Positions 13,101 to 28,500 of a stretch of 64,000 nucleotides of DNA are shown here, one piece after another; the stretch's first letter is position 1; each line of letters begins with the position of its first letter. Source of the stretch: Octopus bimaculoides. Lineage: Eukaryota. Location of the stretch: positions 197,033,757 through 197,097,756 of the forward strand of contig NC_068981.1 in NCBI RefSeq assembly GCF_001194135.2, in the 5' to 3' direction. The position numbers and the translations under genes were made by a program. Under the pieces are notes generated by a model. That model saw only the letters and a program-made list of their open reading frames with translations. It searched no databases and was not told the origin of the DNA.

Positions 13101-16100
13101 CTTTCAAATGGTGGGCTCCATACATCATCAATAACTTTCTACTTTTTCTGTCAAGTTACTTGGGGGCAATATGTCACAATGTGTGCCACTGACTCATTCC
13201 AAGTTGCACAGACTCTACATTTTTCTGACACCTCCTCTCCACATATATTTTTTCTCAAATTGCTTGCTTTTATTGCATTATCTTGAGTTGCTACAATTAG
13301 GCTCACTTTTTTCAATTGCCCCTTTCATAACCAAGCCCAGAATTTTGTCCCACCTACATCTTCAATGGCTCTCCAAAACTGTCCCTGCACAGGTTTCTCT
13401 TCGATCTGCCTGACATGCTCTCTTTCTATTTCATTCTTTTCTCCTGTCACGTGCTTTCTCACCTGTTCTCTCTTAACTGGTTTTAGTAGTTTTTCTCTGC
13501 TGCTCTCTAAATACTCTACTAGACTTCTTCTTTCCATCTGTACACATTCTTTTACTGCTATTAAGCCTCTACCCACCCTGGTCTCTCTTCAAGAACAGCC
13601 AGTATTTATCTCATTTATGCAGTCCCCATCCATTGTTGTTTTGCTGCCTAGATAGTTCAATTCGTCAACATTTGCGATTGGTTTGTTATTGAAAGTCACA
13701 TGGTCAGCCTCTGTTATGTTTTTACAAAGAGTGGACGTTTTCTTCTCGTTCCTTTTGAAACCCATCATCAATTCTCAGCAGGAGCACCGAAAAATACGAT
13801 TTTACCAAAGCAACATACTTAGGATCCTCCTCTCTGGTTCTGAATGTTGGAAAACAACCAAAAGTATTGAAAAGAAATTGGAGGTTTTTTCAAAATAAAT
13901 GTTTACGAAAAGTTTGAAGGTTTTTACAGGCCGAATATGATCTCGAATAACGAACTACACACCATGGCTAACGTGAAACCAGTAAGAGAAACTATTGAAG
14001 TAAGGAGATGGAACTGGCTGGGTCGAGTTTGTTGCTATAAACTGAACTCAATTGTCAGGATTGTTTGGCAATGAGTTCCACAAAATAAAAGACGTGGTCG
14101 ACCAAAGGAAACATGGCAGAGAACAATAACAAAAGATCTTAAAAGCAGAAGGGTTAACAATGGAACAAGCTGTCAAGGACCCTTTCAGTGTTAGAAGGTG
14201 GGATGATCTTGCTGTCGCCTCAAGTGCCACAAGGCACAATGAGAACCGAATGAATGTACCCTGATCTGTGTGTCCAACACATGCCAGTGTGGAAAACGGA
14301 TGTTAAAGAATGATGATGATGATGATGATATGCGTATATTTGTCCTTGTCCTTGTCTTGGTATTGTTGTCTGATAGTTGTGTTTCTCACTGTCATACAAA
14401 CCATGTCATTCCCAATTTTCTACAAGAAATTACTTGGTCCTGGGGGAAATATTACCTTGCTCAGAAGCAAGGGTGGATTGGCAACAGGAAGGGCATCCAG
14501 CTGTAGAAAATCTTCCTCAATAAACTCCATCCAGTCTATGCAAGATTGGAAAAGTGGACCTTAACAAACTTTGCCAGATCGGATTGGAGCCTAGTGTAGT
14601 CATCTGGTTCACCAGTCCTCAGTCAAGCCGTCCAACCCATGCCAGCATGGAAAGCAGACGTTAAGCGATGATGATTATATATCTGGTAATGAATTAATTG
14701 AACCTCAGATTTTTTTTATGTCCTCTGCTAAAAATATGGTCAGTGAAAGTTGAAACAATTTCTATGTCAATCCAACATGGAAGCTACTAAATGGTTGATT
14801 GACTTGCTAGAAATAGCAACCGAATCTTCCTTAAATCATAATCTTCAATCGCAATCTGGTAAAAGAACGTATTGGATGATGGATTCCAAATTGTGTGCAG
14901 GGAAAATACAGTATGGCTAAGCCTTGTACTCCATTGCTAGATAATCCCTCCCTCACAAGAATGATTTGGCAGATAAACGCTAACAATTTCAATGTCTCCC
15001 TGACGACTCGTTTTTTTCTGTTTTCGTCTCCTTAATGACTTATTTACCTCTCTCTCTCTTTCTCGCCTCGTAGTGAAATGTGAGATTTCCAGATACCAAA
15101 GCCTTTCTCTTGGTCTCTACCCGGAATGTGGTACACCTGATCCTTACAAAGCATCCAACCATGGCCACATCCGAGACAGTATTTATTGTGCGGCAGCAAC
15201 ATGGTGTCTCTCACAGGCATACAGGTACGTCTTTCCCACTCTAATTCTGAATAGCCACTGACCTCTCATATTAGCAGCACTGACTCCAGATCTAGGATGT
15301 TATGCAGCAGCCATGTACATAGACATCCTGGTGACCATCACCCTGATAGACAACCTTACTGCATCCCTCCCACTCACACTACACAGTCTTTCCTTCTCAG
15401 AACTAACAAACTCTCCACCACACCTGTCCATATCTATTCAACTCTTCTCCTCCTCCTACTTTTTCTCCTTTTGCACCTTCTTCTTCTCCTCCTCCTCCTC
15501 TTCTCTTTTCACCTCTTTATTCTTCACCTCCTCCTTCTTTATCCTCCTCCTCCTTCTCCTTCTCCACATCCTCATTCTTTTCCTCCTCTTCTTCCTTCTC
15601 CTCCTCTTCCTTGTCCTCTTCCTTCTTCTCCTCCTTCTGCCCCTCCTCCTCTTCCTTCGTCTTCTCCTTCTCCTCCTCCCCCTCCTCTTCCTTCTCTTCC
15701 TTCTCCTCCTTCTGCTCCTCCTCTTTCTGCTCCTCCTACCTGTTCTCTTCTTCTCTTCCTCCTCCTCCTCTTCCTTTTTCTCCTTCTCCCTGTACTACAA
15801 CACCACTCTGGAACCTCTTCCCTCTCCCCACCACTCTCCAATAGTCATCAAATCCCATCCTTACCAATCTGTCAACATCTGCAAAGGTTATGGATCCACA
15901 CCTTTCTTCTTCATTAAAATAATAGCATTGCACAAGGCCATACACATTTTTATCAACCCCAGTACATGACTGGTACTTTACTTTCATCTACGTCAACTTC
16001 ATCCTGGCAGAATAGGAGTAATAGAGAAAGAAATGTGAATTAATATTACTTTTGTTGAAAGGAAAGGAGAGAAAACCAGTTTAATTAGCAGTGTTAATAG

Positions 16101-16540
16101 AAGTGGGACCAAGTCTGTGATTATAATTGCAATTTTATTACCAATTGTAGTGGCATTATTATATACTTCCAGGTTTATGTTTGGTTGTTTGTCATGTGTG
16201 AATATAAAATTGAAGAAATTGGAGTCAGCAATTTAAAAAATAATTGTTGTGATTAAAATATAACTGTCCCACCATACTCCTTATTCACTCCAATTTCCTC
16301 AGTTTTATACATATATATATATATATATTTATTATTTTTTTGATGATATGTATATATATATATATATATATACACATACATACATACATACAATGAGTTT
16401 CATTCTGTTTCCATTTTCTAAATCCATGCACAAGGCTTTGGTTAGCCTGAAGTTAAAGTAGAAAACCTTTTCAACAGTGAGACTGAACTCAAAACCACTT
16501 GGTTGGGAAGCAAGCTTCTTAACCACACAGCCACACAGCT

Positions 16541-16582
<42 letters not shown>

Positions 16583-19500
16583 AGTCGATGTTATTGTTGC
16601 TGCTGTTGCTGTTACCCTTGTTAATTTTCTTCTTACAGACACATCGATGATGACCAGGGGCGGTGCCAAGAGTTGGCACATAATGCCATCAAAACCATGC
16701 GTGGTGTTCTCTACTGTTGGATGCACCAAAACACGATAACACAGAACGTAAGAATTCTCTGGCCTTGTTGGCATTTGGAATGTTCACTAGTTTCCCACCA
16801 ACACAACTGTTGACCTAGTTGGGTGGTGGGTAAGGTTATAGTCTTCTTATTACCTCATGGTCATAGGCTCAAATCTTACTGCAGCCATTGTATCGTGGCC
16901 CTTGAGCAAGACAGTCAAGTCTTGCTTTTGTTGACATGAAACAGGCTCCTTGCCACCAACACCACCATCATCTACCTCTGCTCTACCTCCCATCCACCAC
17001 CATCACATGTCCAGGCCGTCACCTCCCATCCACCACCATCACATGTCCAGGCCGTCACCTCCCATCCACCACCATCACCTATCTTTATACAACAGCTTCG
17101 TGATAGTTTCCACTTTACCACTTTTCAACCAAATGATTGACCTTCTACTCGGTCACTTAACCTGTAAGAAACAACAGCTAAACCTTCCACTTATCAGATG
17201 CTATTATGCTAAAAGCAAAAGATGCATTGGTTGATATATATATACATCCAGCATCCTAATGAGAAAGGATTTTTGGATGCTGGGCCTCACTGAGGAAATG
17301 ACAAGGGGCCAGGAGAGGTGGGAATTTGCTGTACCTGATAAGACAGGTCAAGCTAAGTAAAACCAGTGTCTTCCCTAAATACAGGTTTGTCCTTTACAGG
17401 TGCTGGGGCCACATGAAATGCACTTGTGCTGGTGCTGTGTAAAAAGCATGCAGCACACTCTGTAAAATTGGTTGGCGTTAGGAATCAGAAGGACATCCGA
17501 CCATAGAAACCATGCCACAACAGACAATTGGAGTCTGGGCAGGCTCCCTAGCGGGCCAGCTTCTGTCAAACCGTCCAACCCATGCCAGCAAAGAAAACGG
17601 ATTATCATCATCGTTTAATATCTGATTTCCATGCTGGCATGGGTTGGACGGTTTTACTGGAGACTGGCAAGCCAGGAGGCTGCACCAGGCTCCAATCTGA
17701 TCTGGTTATGTTTCTACAGCTGGATGCCCTTTCTAATGCCAACCACTTCGAGAGTGTAGTGGGTGCTTTTATGTGCCACCAGCACAGAGGCGAGAGGAGC
17801 TGCCATCGGCCACATTCGGATGGTGCTTTTTACGTGCTACTGGCACGGGGCTCACAACTACAGTTTCCATTTGATTTGCTGTTGATGTTGCATTTTCTTG
17901 GATTTCCTCAGAATCTTGAAATTTGTTCCTTTCAAGTGGGATTTGAATTCTTAGAAAGATTCTTGGCTGTAATAACCTTCAAACCATTTCTTTTTCCCAC
18001 ACATGCGAACGCACACACACACACATTTTCTCTTGCCATGGTCACTGATGGAACCTCTGTGGTGTGGTGAGATGACCACACTCTTATGAACAACAGAAGT
18101 GAGCCAAAACATTATCACTTAGTGTGCATGCAAGACGGAGTGCAAGGTCAGTTTGTGCCAAGCAGCTTCACTCTGCATACTATAACTCTGTTACCATAGC
18201 AACAGCCCCTACACTTTTGAGTCGGACCTCATAGATGTGTGTGCATGCACGTGGGTGTGTGAGTGTTTGTTTGCATTTCTTTGTCTTGACGTAGCATGGT
18301 AGTCGTAAACGAGTGTCACTGTCATGCGAGCAGTGTCATTTACTTGCAGTATTCTGCAAAAACATGTCTGGCCCTGTCGAAACATTACCTTGTATGGAAG
18401 CCGATGAAGCTTAATGACAGGAAGACTATCCAACCATTAGAAGATCTGCATCAGTAAACTTCCATCCAACCCATGCCAACATGTGAAAGAAGACATTAAA
18501 CCAATGATGAAGACCATTCAGCTGCTGTTTCTAGCGGGTCAAGCAGTTGTATAGAGGCTCGCTTATGTTATTATGTTAATTTTGTCTCATCCCTAATTGT
18601 TATTCTTTTGTTCTTTTACTTGTTTCAAATCGACCCCAGGGCTTATTATTTTTTGTAAGCCTAGTACTCATTCTATCATTCTCTTTTGCCAAACCACTAA
18701 GTTATGGGAATGTAAACACACCAACATTGGTTGTCAAGTGATGGTGGGGGGACAAACGTAGACACACACACAAATATACATATATATATATATAAACACA
18801 CACACGACAGGCTTCTTTCAGTTTCCATTTACCAAGTCCACTCACAAGGCTTTGATCGGCCCAAAGCTATAGTAGAAGGCACTTGCTTGAGGTGCCATGC
18901 AGTGGGACTGAACTTGGAACCATGTGGTTGGGAAGCAAGCTTCTTACCACACAGCCACGCTGCTCCTATATCATCATCATCATCATCATCATCATTTTCT
19001 GTTTGAGTGCAGTTCCTAATTATCGTTCATGTTCTCTCCATTTATAACAGATCGAAAAATTCAAACATGACCAAAATCCCATCAATGCTCTCCACAGTGT
19101 GTTCGATATCGTCACTGGTGACCCTGTCTTCAAGAAGGACGAATCAGGGCACTTACAGGTCAGTGGTCTCTTCTTTACCAATACTCTTCATAAGGCGGCA
19201 AGCTGGTAGAAACGTTAGCATGTTGGGCGAAATGCTCAGTGGTGTTTCGTCTGCTGTTATGTTTCTGAGTTCAATTTCCACCAAGGTCGACTTTGCCATT
19301 CATCTTTTCGAGGATCAATGTAATCAACTTAATCCCTATTTGTTCCCTCTGTTTAGCCTCGTGTGGGCAATAAAGAAATAAATATTCTTCATTTGGCGTC
19401 ATAAATTGTGCTCCCATCAGAGACAGAGTAGTACATGGAATATGTGGCACTCATGCCTTTCCCAAGAGAATTTAGTGGAATCAGTGAAGGGCAAACCATA

Positions 19501-22500
19501 ATTTAAGTTCTTTTATTGCTTAAAGATCTGAGGTTTGTGAGGAGGGAGGTGGTCGATTACATTCATCTCATTTCCTCCCTCTTCAGTGTTTAACTGATGG
19601 GATGAAGGTCAATACTGACCACCAGAGGAATAGATCTTGGACCATAAGGGTCCATACTGCAAATATCTGAGACATTTAACTGCTTCTCATGACTAAGGGC
19701 AGCAAAAGGTGTTGCTTTTTAGCCGGTGGTCAGCCCTGACCCAACAGACCTATGGTTAAAGGTGTTCAGGCTGTGACCATTCCATTCTTTTATTCAGGCA
19801 TCGTACATCTAGGACTACATGACACAGAGTGACTTGAAAGAGATTTGGATGCTAATTCTAGCAGGTCAAACAACTACACAGGCACTGTTATTGCTTGGGC
19901 TGTTGTTGTTGTTGTTTTACCCCAGGTCAGCTCTCATGCAGAAGGCATATAATCAGAGACATTCCAGCTATGGCAATCTAGTATATTTTTATTCAGACAT
20001 TGTGTCTTTTTTTTTTTATATATATAACAGTGAGGTGTGATTTGGTGGTGATTAATTTGCCATTTCTAACATATCCGGACATATACACTATCCAACAGAA
20101 CCTTTTGGTATAGTTTGGTGGAGATTTGGTTGTCATTTCTAGCATATAAGGTCATCCTGTAAATATCTGAATCTAACAGAAACGTTTTCCTTTCTCTTCA
20201 GCTTGATGTTATTGGTCTCTACCTCATCTTCCTTGTCCAGATGATAACCTCTGGCCTCCAGGTAAGATAGCATTCAGATGGAATTTCTTTTAATATTTAT
20301 TTTTATTTTTTGTCAGGAGGGAAAGGGACATGTGTATGGCTTTTTACTTTTGGAAGGGAGGCAGAGAGTTGAGGGGGTGGGGATTTCGTCAAACTAGAAA
20401 CCCGACCCAAATACTTGCAACAGTGAGGACTCTGTGAGAGGGCGACAACCATCCCCATCTGTCTCACTGGGCTTTAATTTACTACAAAGCCATGTCTTCC
20501 TCCTCTCTGATCAAGTCATCATCATCATCGTTATCATCATCATCGTCATCATCATCATTTAACATCCATCAGCCATGCTGCCATGGGTTTGATGGTTTGA
20601 CAGGATCAAACAAGCTGCAGAGTTGCACCAAGTTGCAGTGTCATCTTTGGAATGGTTTCTACAGTTGGATGCCCTTCCAAATGCCAACCACGTTATAGAG
20701 TTCACTGGGTGGTTCTTTTTTTTGTCTTTTTTCCCATGCCAACAGCACTGGTGAGGTCACTGAATAACTTAGAAGGCAAAAAGGGAATTGGAGGAAAGGA
20801 GGAAAAAGAAAGACTAAATATGGAGAGTGTTTGATAGGTGGGGGGGGGGCTTTGTGCTAGGTCTACCTTTCGAAATATAAAATAAACAAAATAAATTTCT
20901 CATCATTGTAATCATTTAATCATTTTCCATGCTGGAATGGTTTGGATGGTTTGACAGGGACTGCACCAGGTTCCATTGTCTGTTTTGGCAGAGTTTCTAT
21001 GGTTGGGTTTCCTCTCTGATACCAACCACTTCACAGAGTGTACTGGGTGCTTTTTACGTGGCACCATCACCAGTGCTTTTTACGTGGCTCTGGTAGAAAA
21101 AAAAAAAACCCAGATAAACTGATAAAAAAATTCTTGTCTCCTTTTCAGGTGATATTTTCATCTGACGAAGTGAACTTTGTACAGAATCTCGTGTTCTACG
21201 TTGAGCGTGCCTATCGCACTCCTGACTATGGCATGTGGAAGAGAGGAACGAAATATAACAATGGTAGTACGGAAATACATGCAAGGTAAGTGCTTTCTGT
21301 TCAGCTGATCTCTTCTTCATTTTCTCATTTCATTCATCATCATCATCATTGTTTAACATTCTCTTTCCCATGCTTGCATGGCTCAGAAGGAATCTGTTGA
21401 GGTAGATTTTCTATAGCCAGATGCCCTCCCTGTTGCTGACCCTCATCTCTGTTTCCAAGCAACAAAATAGTTCCCCATGGCCAAACATTTTCATCATATA
21501 AGGGAGTTACGAGGACGATTGATAGCAAAAATAAAATGGAAAAAGTATGTGTCAATATATGGTGTGTGTGATTATTTTGTGGTTACTGAAGTGTGTCTGT
21601 CTCGAGCAAGATTCAAAGCAGCTAATCGAAGCAGCTAGATTGTGTAGGTGTATTTTTACCCACTCCGTTGTTTACACATGGCCAGTTATACGTCGCTATG
21701 TGTAGAGCAACGGACACCAGTTATTTGAAAATTTGTGTCGAGCAAACAGAAAATATTGTCTACAAAGAAGCTTTGTAATCATATTGATATTATCGAAAGG
21801 AATATGATTCATAATTGAAATAAGGAAATTTGTCAACTTTGAATATATAAGTGTATAAACAAGCGTAAAATAGTGTAAACAACTAGAATAAAAGTATATC
21901 TAAATAACATTTGTTTCTTAATACTTTTTATGTAGTGGTCAAAAGAAACTCTGGCTTTCATTAGGAGTGGTCCACATAACCATTCATGATACAGAGGCTG
22001 GGAGCCTATTTCAGTTCAGGGGTGAATCGTCATCACATGTCACTTAGTCACAGACACATGTCATATAGCCGCAATAGAATGCTGTATCACCAATAATAAT
22101 GTGATTTCTCCAAGACATCTCCCACTAATCTATCAAATCCATTTACACATTTCTCAATACATACAGCTGTTATGACTTCCCTCCCACATTTTATGCCTCC
22201 ATTGTAGATGGGTAGATTTGCCAGGATATACAATAGACTTATTTTCAGCTTCCATCAACTAAATCCACACACAGGGTTTTGGTTGACTTTGGGCAATAGG
22301 AGAAGACACTTGCCCAAGGTGCTGTGCAGTGAGACTGAACTCAAAACTACATGGTTCTTAACCACACAGCCATACCTGCATCTATGCTACACCTGCACCA
22401 ACAACCATGCCCTATTTAACCCTTTCATTACCAACCCGGCTGAAACCAGTTCTGGCTCTGTAGTACAAATGTCTTGTTTACATAAGTTTTGAATTAAAAT

Positions 22501-25500
22501 CTTCCACCAAACCTTAGTCACAATTTATGTTCCTAACACTAGCTTAATGATAACAAAGTTATTTTACTAAATTCTTTGTTATATTTAAAATTAATTGAAA
22601 GAAACACAGAACATCTCAAAATAAATAGAGTAACAAAAGGATTAAGTGGATTAAGCCTTAAACCATTTATTATCCAACGTCTCTATGTTCTTCCGTTTCA
22701 TTCCTTCTAGTTCTATCGGTTTCTGTAAAGCTGCTTTAGAATCCATAAGTGGAGTGAACCTGTTTGGAGAATATGGTGCTTCCTGGTCTGTCATTTATAT
22801 TGACATAGATGCCCACAATCGGAATCGAACTATTTTTGAAACCATCCTACCTCGAGAGTCAAATTCCAAGGTTTGTAAAAAGTTTCTTCTTTGATGTACT
22901 AATTCTCATATCTTTCTTTACCATTTACTCTTTCATTATCATCATCATGTCTGTTTTCCATGCTGGCATGGGTTGGACGGTTTGACTGAGGTCTGGAGAG
23001 CCAGTGGCTGCACCAGGTTCCAATCTGATCTGGCAAGGTTTCTACAGTTGGATGCCCTTCTTAATGCCAACCACTCCAAGAGTGTAGTGGGTGCTTTTTA
23101 CATGCCACCAGCACAAGAGCCAGTCAGTGGGTACTAGCATCAATCACATTTGGATAGTGCTTTTTACATGCCACCGGCACGGGGGCCAGTCAGGGGGTAC
23201 TGGCATCGGCCACATTTGGATGGTGCATCTTACATGCCACTGGCATGGGAGCCAATCAGGCAGGCCTGGCATCGATCACATTCAGATGATGCTTTTTACA
23301 TTCATTAAATTAGTTTCAACGGTTTTTTTTTTCCAAGAAATTTGTTAATAATTTTCATATACATGCACATATACATACATGGATGTATACAAGCATGTGT
23401 GTATGTATACATCCATCCATATATATATATATATACATACACACATGCATGTATACATACATCATCATCATCATCATCATCATCATCCTTTAACGTCCGT
23501 TTTTCATGCTGGCATGGGTTGGACGGTTTGACAAGAGCTGGCTCCAATTGTCTGTTATGAGATGGTTTCCATGACTGGATGACCTTCCTAATGCCAACCA
23601 TTTTGCAAAGTGTTCTTGGTGCCACATAGTTATACATCAATCAACTATTATTCTAATGTCTCCTTTTCCATGCCCATTCCACCATTACCATCCACCTGTT
23701 ATTGCCCACCCATTGATTAGCTAAACACAAACCCCTAAACTAACAAAATACAATGTTCTAACCACAATAATGTGTCCCTTTCAGCCAATTTCCATAAAAA
23801 TCTCTTTCCCACCAATTTGCTCTGCATTTCCTTGACTCTTCTTTCTCTTCTCCTCCTCATTTCATCTTCTCCTCTCCTCCACCTTTTATTCCTCCTTCTC
23901 CATGACCATCATCAGCATCAGTCACCTTACAGACATCATCATCATCATCATCAGATTTTCTCCAGCTGGATGCTCTTCCTGTCACCAACCCTCCTCTGTT
24001 TCTAAGCAAGGATGTATTTCTCCATGGCTGGAGATGTTTCCACAGAAGTTCAGAAATGAACAACACTGCTTATGTAATGGTGATATATATCACAACAAGA
24101 AAATGCCAAAACACACACACACACACACACATCCATTAGTATGTAAAACTACGAGAAAAAATACTCAGCACAAATTTTAGAGATCATTTCATTTAAAGCT
24201 GATAAGTCAGTTCATTGCGTTGCCACTCAGAGTTTTCTCAGTATGTCATCTCTCAGGATCACAAAACTATGGTCTTCATCTTTTTTTTTTTTCCTTTCCA
24301 TAGCCTGAACTGACACCCATGCCAGTGACGTGTAAAAAGCACCTTTAGAGCATTGGGCCTCTTAGTGGCAAAGTGGCTGACGCCGGTGGCACATGAAGAG
24401 CTTCTTTCGAGTGTTGGGTCTCACGGTAGCAATGGCCAAGACCTTTGGTATTATGTCGTGCCTGAGAAGAAGTCCCATCAAGCCAAGTAAAATTGCAGTC
24501 ATGGCAGATATCAGTGTCACACAATGGGCTTCTTTCAGTTTCCACCCACCAAACCCACTCACAAGGCTTTGGTCAGCTGAAGGTTGTGGTAGAAGCACGT
24601 AAAAGCACCCCTTACACTCTCAGGGTGGTTGCCATTAGGAAGGGCATCCAGCCGTAGAAAACCATGCCAAATCAGACTGGAGTCTGGTGCAGCCTTCCAG
24701 CTTACCAGCCCTGGTCAAATCATCCAACCCATGCCAGCATGACCAATGGACGTTAAATGATGATGATGATGAGGAGGATGAAATGTTGCTGATGTGTAAA
24801 TGTCTATCTTATTTTTGTTTACAGAATACTGATGCCTCCCTTCTTCCAGCAATTAGCTGGCCAGCATTTGGCATCCACGAGACATACCTGCGTGAACGAG
24901 CAATCAGCAAAGTTCTGCGCAAACTCAGTGGCAGCTACGGATTAAAACGCTACCTCCGTGACGGCTATAAGACTGTTCTAGAAGATGAAACTCGTAAACA
25001 CTACGTGCCAGCAGAGATTAAGGTTAGCAGTCTTTTATGTTGTTTTGTTGTTGTTCAGCCTCAGACTAACCCTGATTAAAGCGACTAATGACTAAAGACA
25101 TTCAAGTTGTGACCATCACTCATTTTGTGTATCAAAGTCATTTTCTAATGATTCTTTTCTACTGTAAATGTGATTTGCAGGAATCTGGCTGCTATTTCTA
25201 GCTGGCTAAGGGACTGCACATATTCTTTTGCTCTCTTATTTGTTTCAGTCATTGGACTGCGGCCATGCTGGAGCACCGGCTTTAGTCGGACAAATCGACC
25301 CCAGGACTTATTCTTTGTAAGCCTAGTACTTCTATCGGAACCTTTTGCTGAACCGCTAAGTTACGGGGATGTAAACACACCAGCATCAGTTGCCAATCGA
25401 TGGTGGAGGGACAAACACAGACACACAAACATACGCACACACACACACACATGTATTCATATATNNNNNNNNNNNNNNNNNNNNNNNNNNNNNNNNNNNN

Positions 25501-28500
25501 NNNNNNNNNNNNNNNNNNNNNNNNNNNNNNNNNNNNNNNNNNNNNNNNNNNNNNNNNNNNNNNNNNNNNNNNNNNNNATATATATATATATATATATATA
25601 TATACAACGGGCTTCTTTCAGTTTCTGTCTACTAAATCCACTCATAAGGTTTTGGTTGGCCTGAGGCTATAGTGGAAGACACTTGCCCAAGGTTCCACAC
25701 AGTGGGACTGAACCTGGACCCATAATTTTTGCTACAGTATATTTCAATGTCTTAATTACAATTCTCTTTACAAAATGGTTAATGACATTTACATATTTTT
25801 ACGTCATTAAATAATTCCTTTGTTATCCATTTTGGTCAGTTGTCTTGGACATGGAACCACCACATGGGGTACATTTTTGGGTATGTGACTCTTTAACTCT
25901 GCTGTCCATGTGGTGTCTTTTATCTTTTACTTGTCTCAGTCATTGGACTGTGGCCATACTGGGGCACCACATTGAAGGGTTTTCAGTTGAATGAATCAAC
26001 CTCAATTTCTTTAAAGCTTGTTCTAGCAGTCAGTTTTGCTGAACCGCTAAGTTATGGGCGACATACACAAACAACACTGGTTGTCAAGTGGTGGTAAGAC
26101 ACATACACACACACAATGGGCTTCTTTCAGTTTCCACCCACCAAACCCACTCACAAGGCTTTGGTCAGCCAAAGGTTGTAGTAGAAGATACTTGCCCGAG
26201 GTGCCACTTTGGTGCACATTAATAACCTACATGACATTACATTAACAAACTATATTGCATCACATGACCCTACATGTATCTATTGGTCAGTTACTTTAGA
26301 CCATGGTGGCACATCTATGACCTGGTCACTGATATAATGCCACTTTATCTATTTATCTATAACTGACCAACAGAATTTCCTGTGGGTTCTTACTGGAACT
26401 GTTGTGATATCAGTGAAGGATTCAGTTTTATACAAGAATGTGCCAAGTATAGACCAGCATGACATTGGTAATTCCTCTCTAGGCTATTTACAATGAGACT
26501 GTCCAATAACACATATCTGACCACTGTCCAACAGTAACAACAGAGTTATCTACTATCAAACTATACTCATAATTGACCACTGTCCAACAGTGACACATAG
26601 CTGACCAGCATCCAATAATTTCCCCACATAACTAACTGCATAAATGTCCATCCATAACCATACAGAGTTGACCACTGACCAACAAATAATCATACACATC
26701 AACTATGTTTTTACTAAAAGAAATATTGACCAATTTTTTTCTTTCTGTCTTTACAGAACTTTGATGGTATTGAGTGTGAGTGGCCAATGTTCTATGCCTA
26801 CCTCATGATTGAGTGTAAGTACCACCTTCACTTCACACACACACACACACACACACACATGCACTGTGACAGCCAACTCATGATAGAGTGTAAGCAGCAC
26901 CTTTACTTCACACACGAGTGCACACACATACACACACACACACACACACTCATACACTGTCACAGCTAACTCATTACTGAGTTTGGCATTGGTTCCTACA
27001 ACTGGATACCCTTCATAGCGCCAACCACTTTACAGCCTGTACTGAGTGCTTTTTCATGTGACACCAGCACTTGTGAGATCATCATACAGTTTGTAAGACT
27101 ACAAACCCTGTGAGAGGTAGCATTATGTAAGGAACAGAGAGGTTGAGAGGCAGCCAGAGCAGAACAGGATTCTTGGTGTAGAGGGGTTGCATTCATGACT
27201 CATCATCATCGATTAATGTCCGTTTTCCACGCTGGCATGGGTTGGATGGTTTGACTGAGGTCTGGAGAGCCAGCGGCTGCACCAGGCTCCAGGCAGCGAT
27301 GGCATCAGCCACAACTACAATTTCCATTTGATTGTGGTGTGATTCGATTATGTTGGTGATGTTGATGCACTTGACTCAATAGGTCTCCTCAAGCACAGCA
27401 TGTCGCCCTACAATCCAAAGGTACTTTTTGAGTGGGCTGGTTATGCGACACTGGCATAGGGGGCTACACATTATTTGCCAGGTTTTCTCAGTCACAGTAT
27501 ATCTCTACAGAGATCTCGGTCTTTCGTCACTGCCTTTGTGAGGCCCAACATTCGAAGGTCATGCTTCACCACCTCATCCCATGTATATGTATATACATAC
27601 ATACATGCTTCAATGTAGATTGATAGATTGTGTCGTTATTGCATTTTGTGTTATGTTCGCAATGTGTACCTCATAAATATTGTTTGTTAATTATCTTTGT
27701 AATTATTTTTCAGATGAATTCAAGGGCAATAAGGCATTGGTTGAAGAGTATTATCAACGCCTTAAACCTTTATTGAAACAGACTGGATATGGTGAGTTGT
27801 TATGTATCTTTCTTCTTCTTCTTCTTCTTCATTATATAACATCCATCATCATCATCAACATCATCATTTTAATGTCCACTCTTCCATGCTTGCATGTGCC
27901 AGATGTAATTTGTTTAAGCAAATTCTTTTCTACAGCTGGATGCCCTTCCTGCTACCAACCTTCACCTATTTCCAAGCAAGAGTAATATTTGTGCCCATGA
28001 AGGCAGCGAGCTGGCAGAAACGTTAGCACCCCAGGCGAAATACTTAGTGGTATTTTGTCTGCCATTACATTCTGAGTTCAAATTCCGCCAAGGTCGACTT
28101 TACCTTTCAACCTTTCGGGGTCAATAAATTAAGTAACAGTTATGCACTGGGGTCGATGTAATCAACTTAGTCCCTTTGTCTGTCCTTGTTTGTCCCCTCT
28201 ATGTTTAGCTCCTTGTGGGCAATAAAGAAATAAGAAACGTTAGCATACTGGGCAAAATGCTTAGAGGTATTTCGTTTGTTTTTACGTTCTGAGTTCAAAT
28301 TCCGCCGAGGTCAACTTTGCCTTTCATCCTTTTGGGGGGGTCGGTAAATTAATTACCAGGTACCAGTCAATCAAATCGACTAGCCCCCTCCCCAAAAATT
28401 TCAGGCCTTGTGCCTCGAGTAGAAAAGAATATTTCGTCCCATGGCCAGAAAATGGGTTTCACAGAATATTGGAAACAAATAACATAGCTTGTATTGTGCT

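Noticed and set aside
15297-15987. Long ORFs (206-218 aa) rich in L, P and S
   Set aside because: They are translations of a CT-rich low-complexity tract with no domain.
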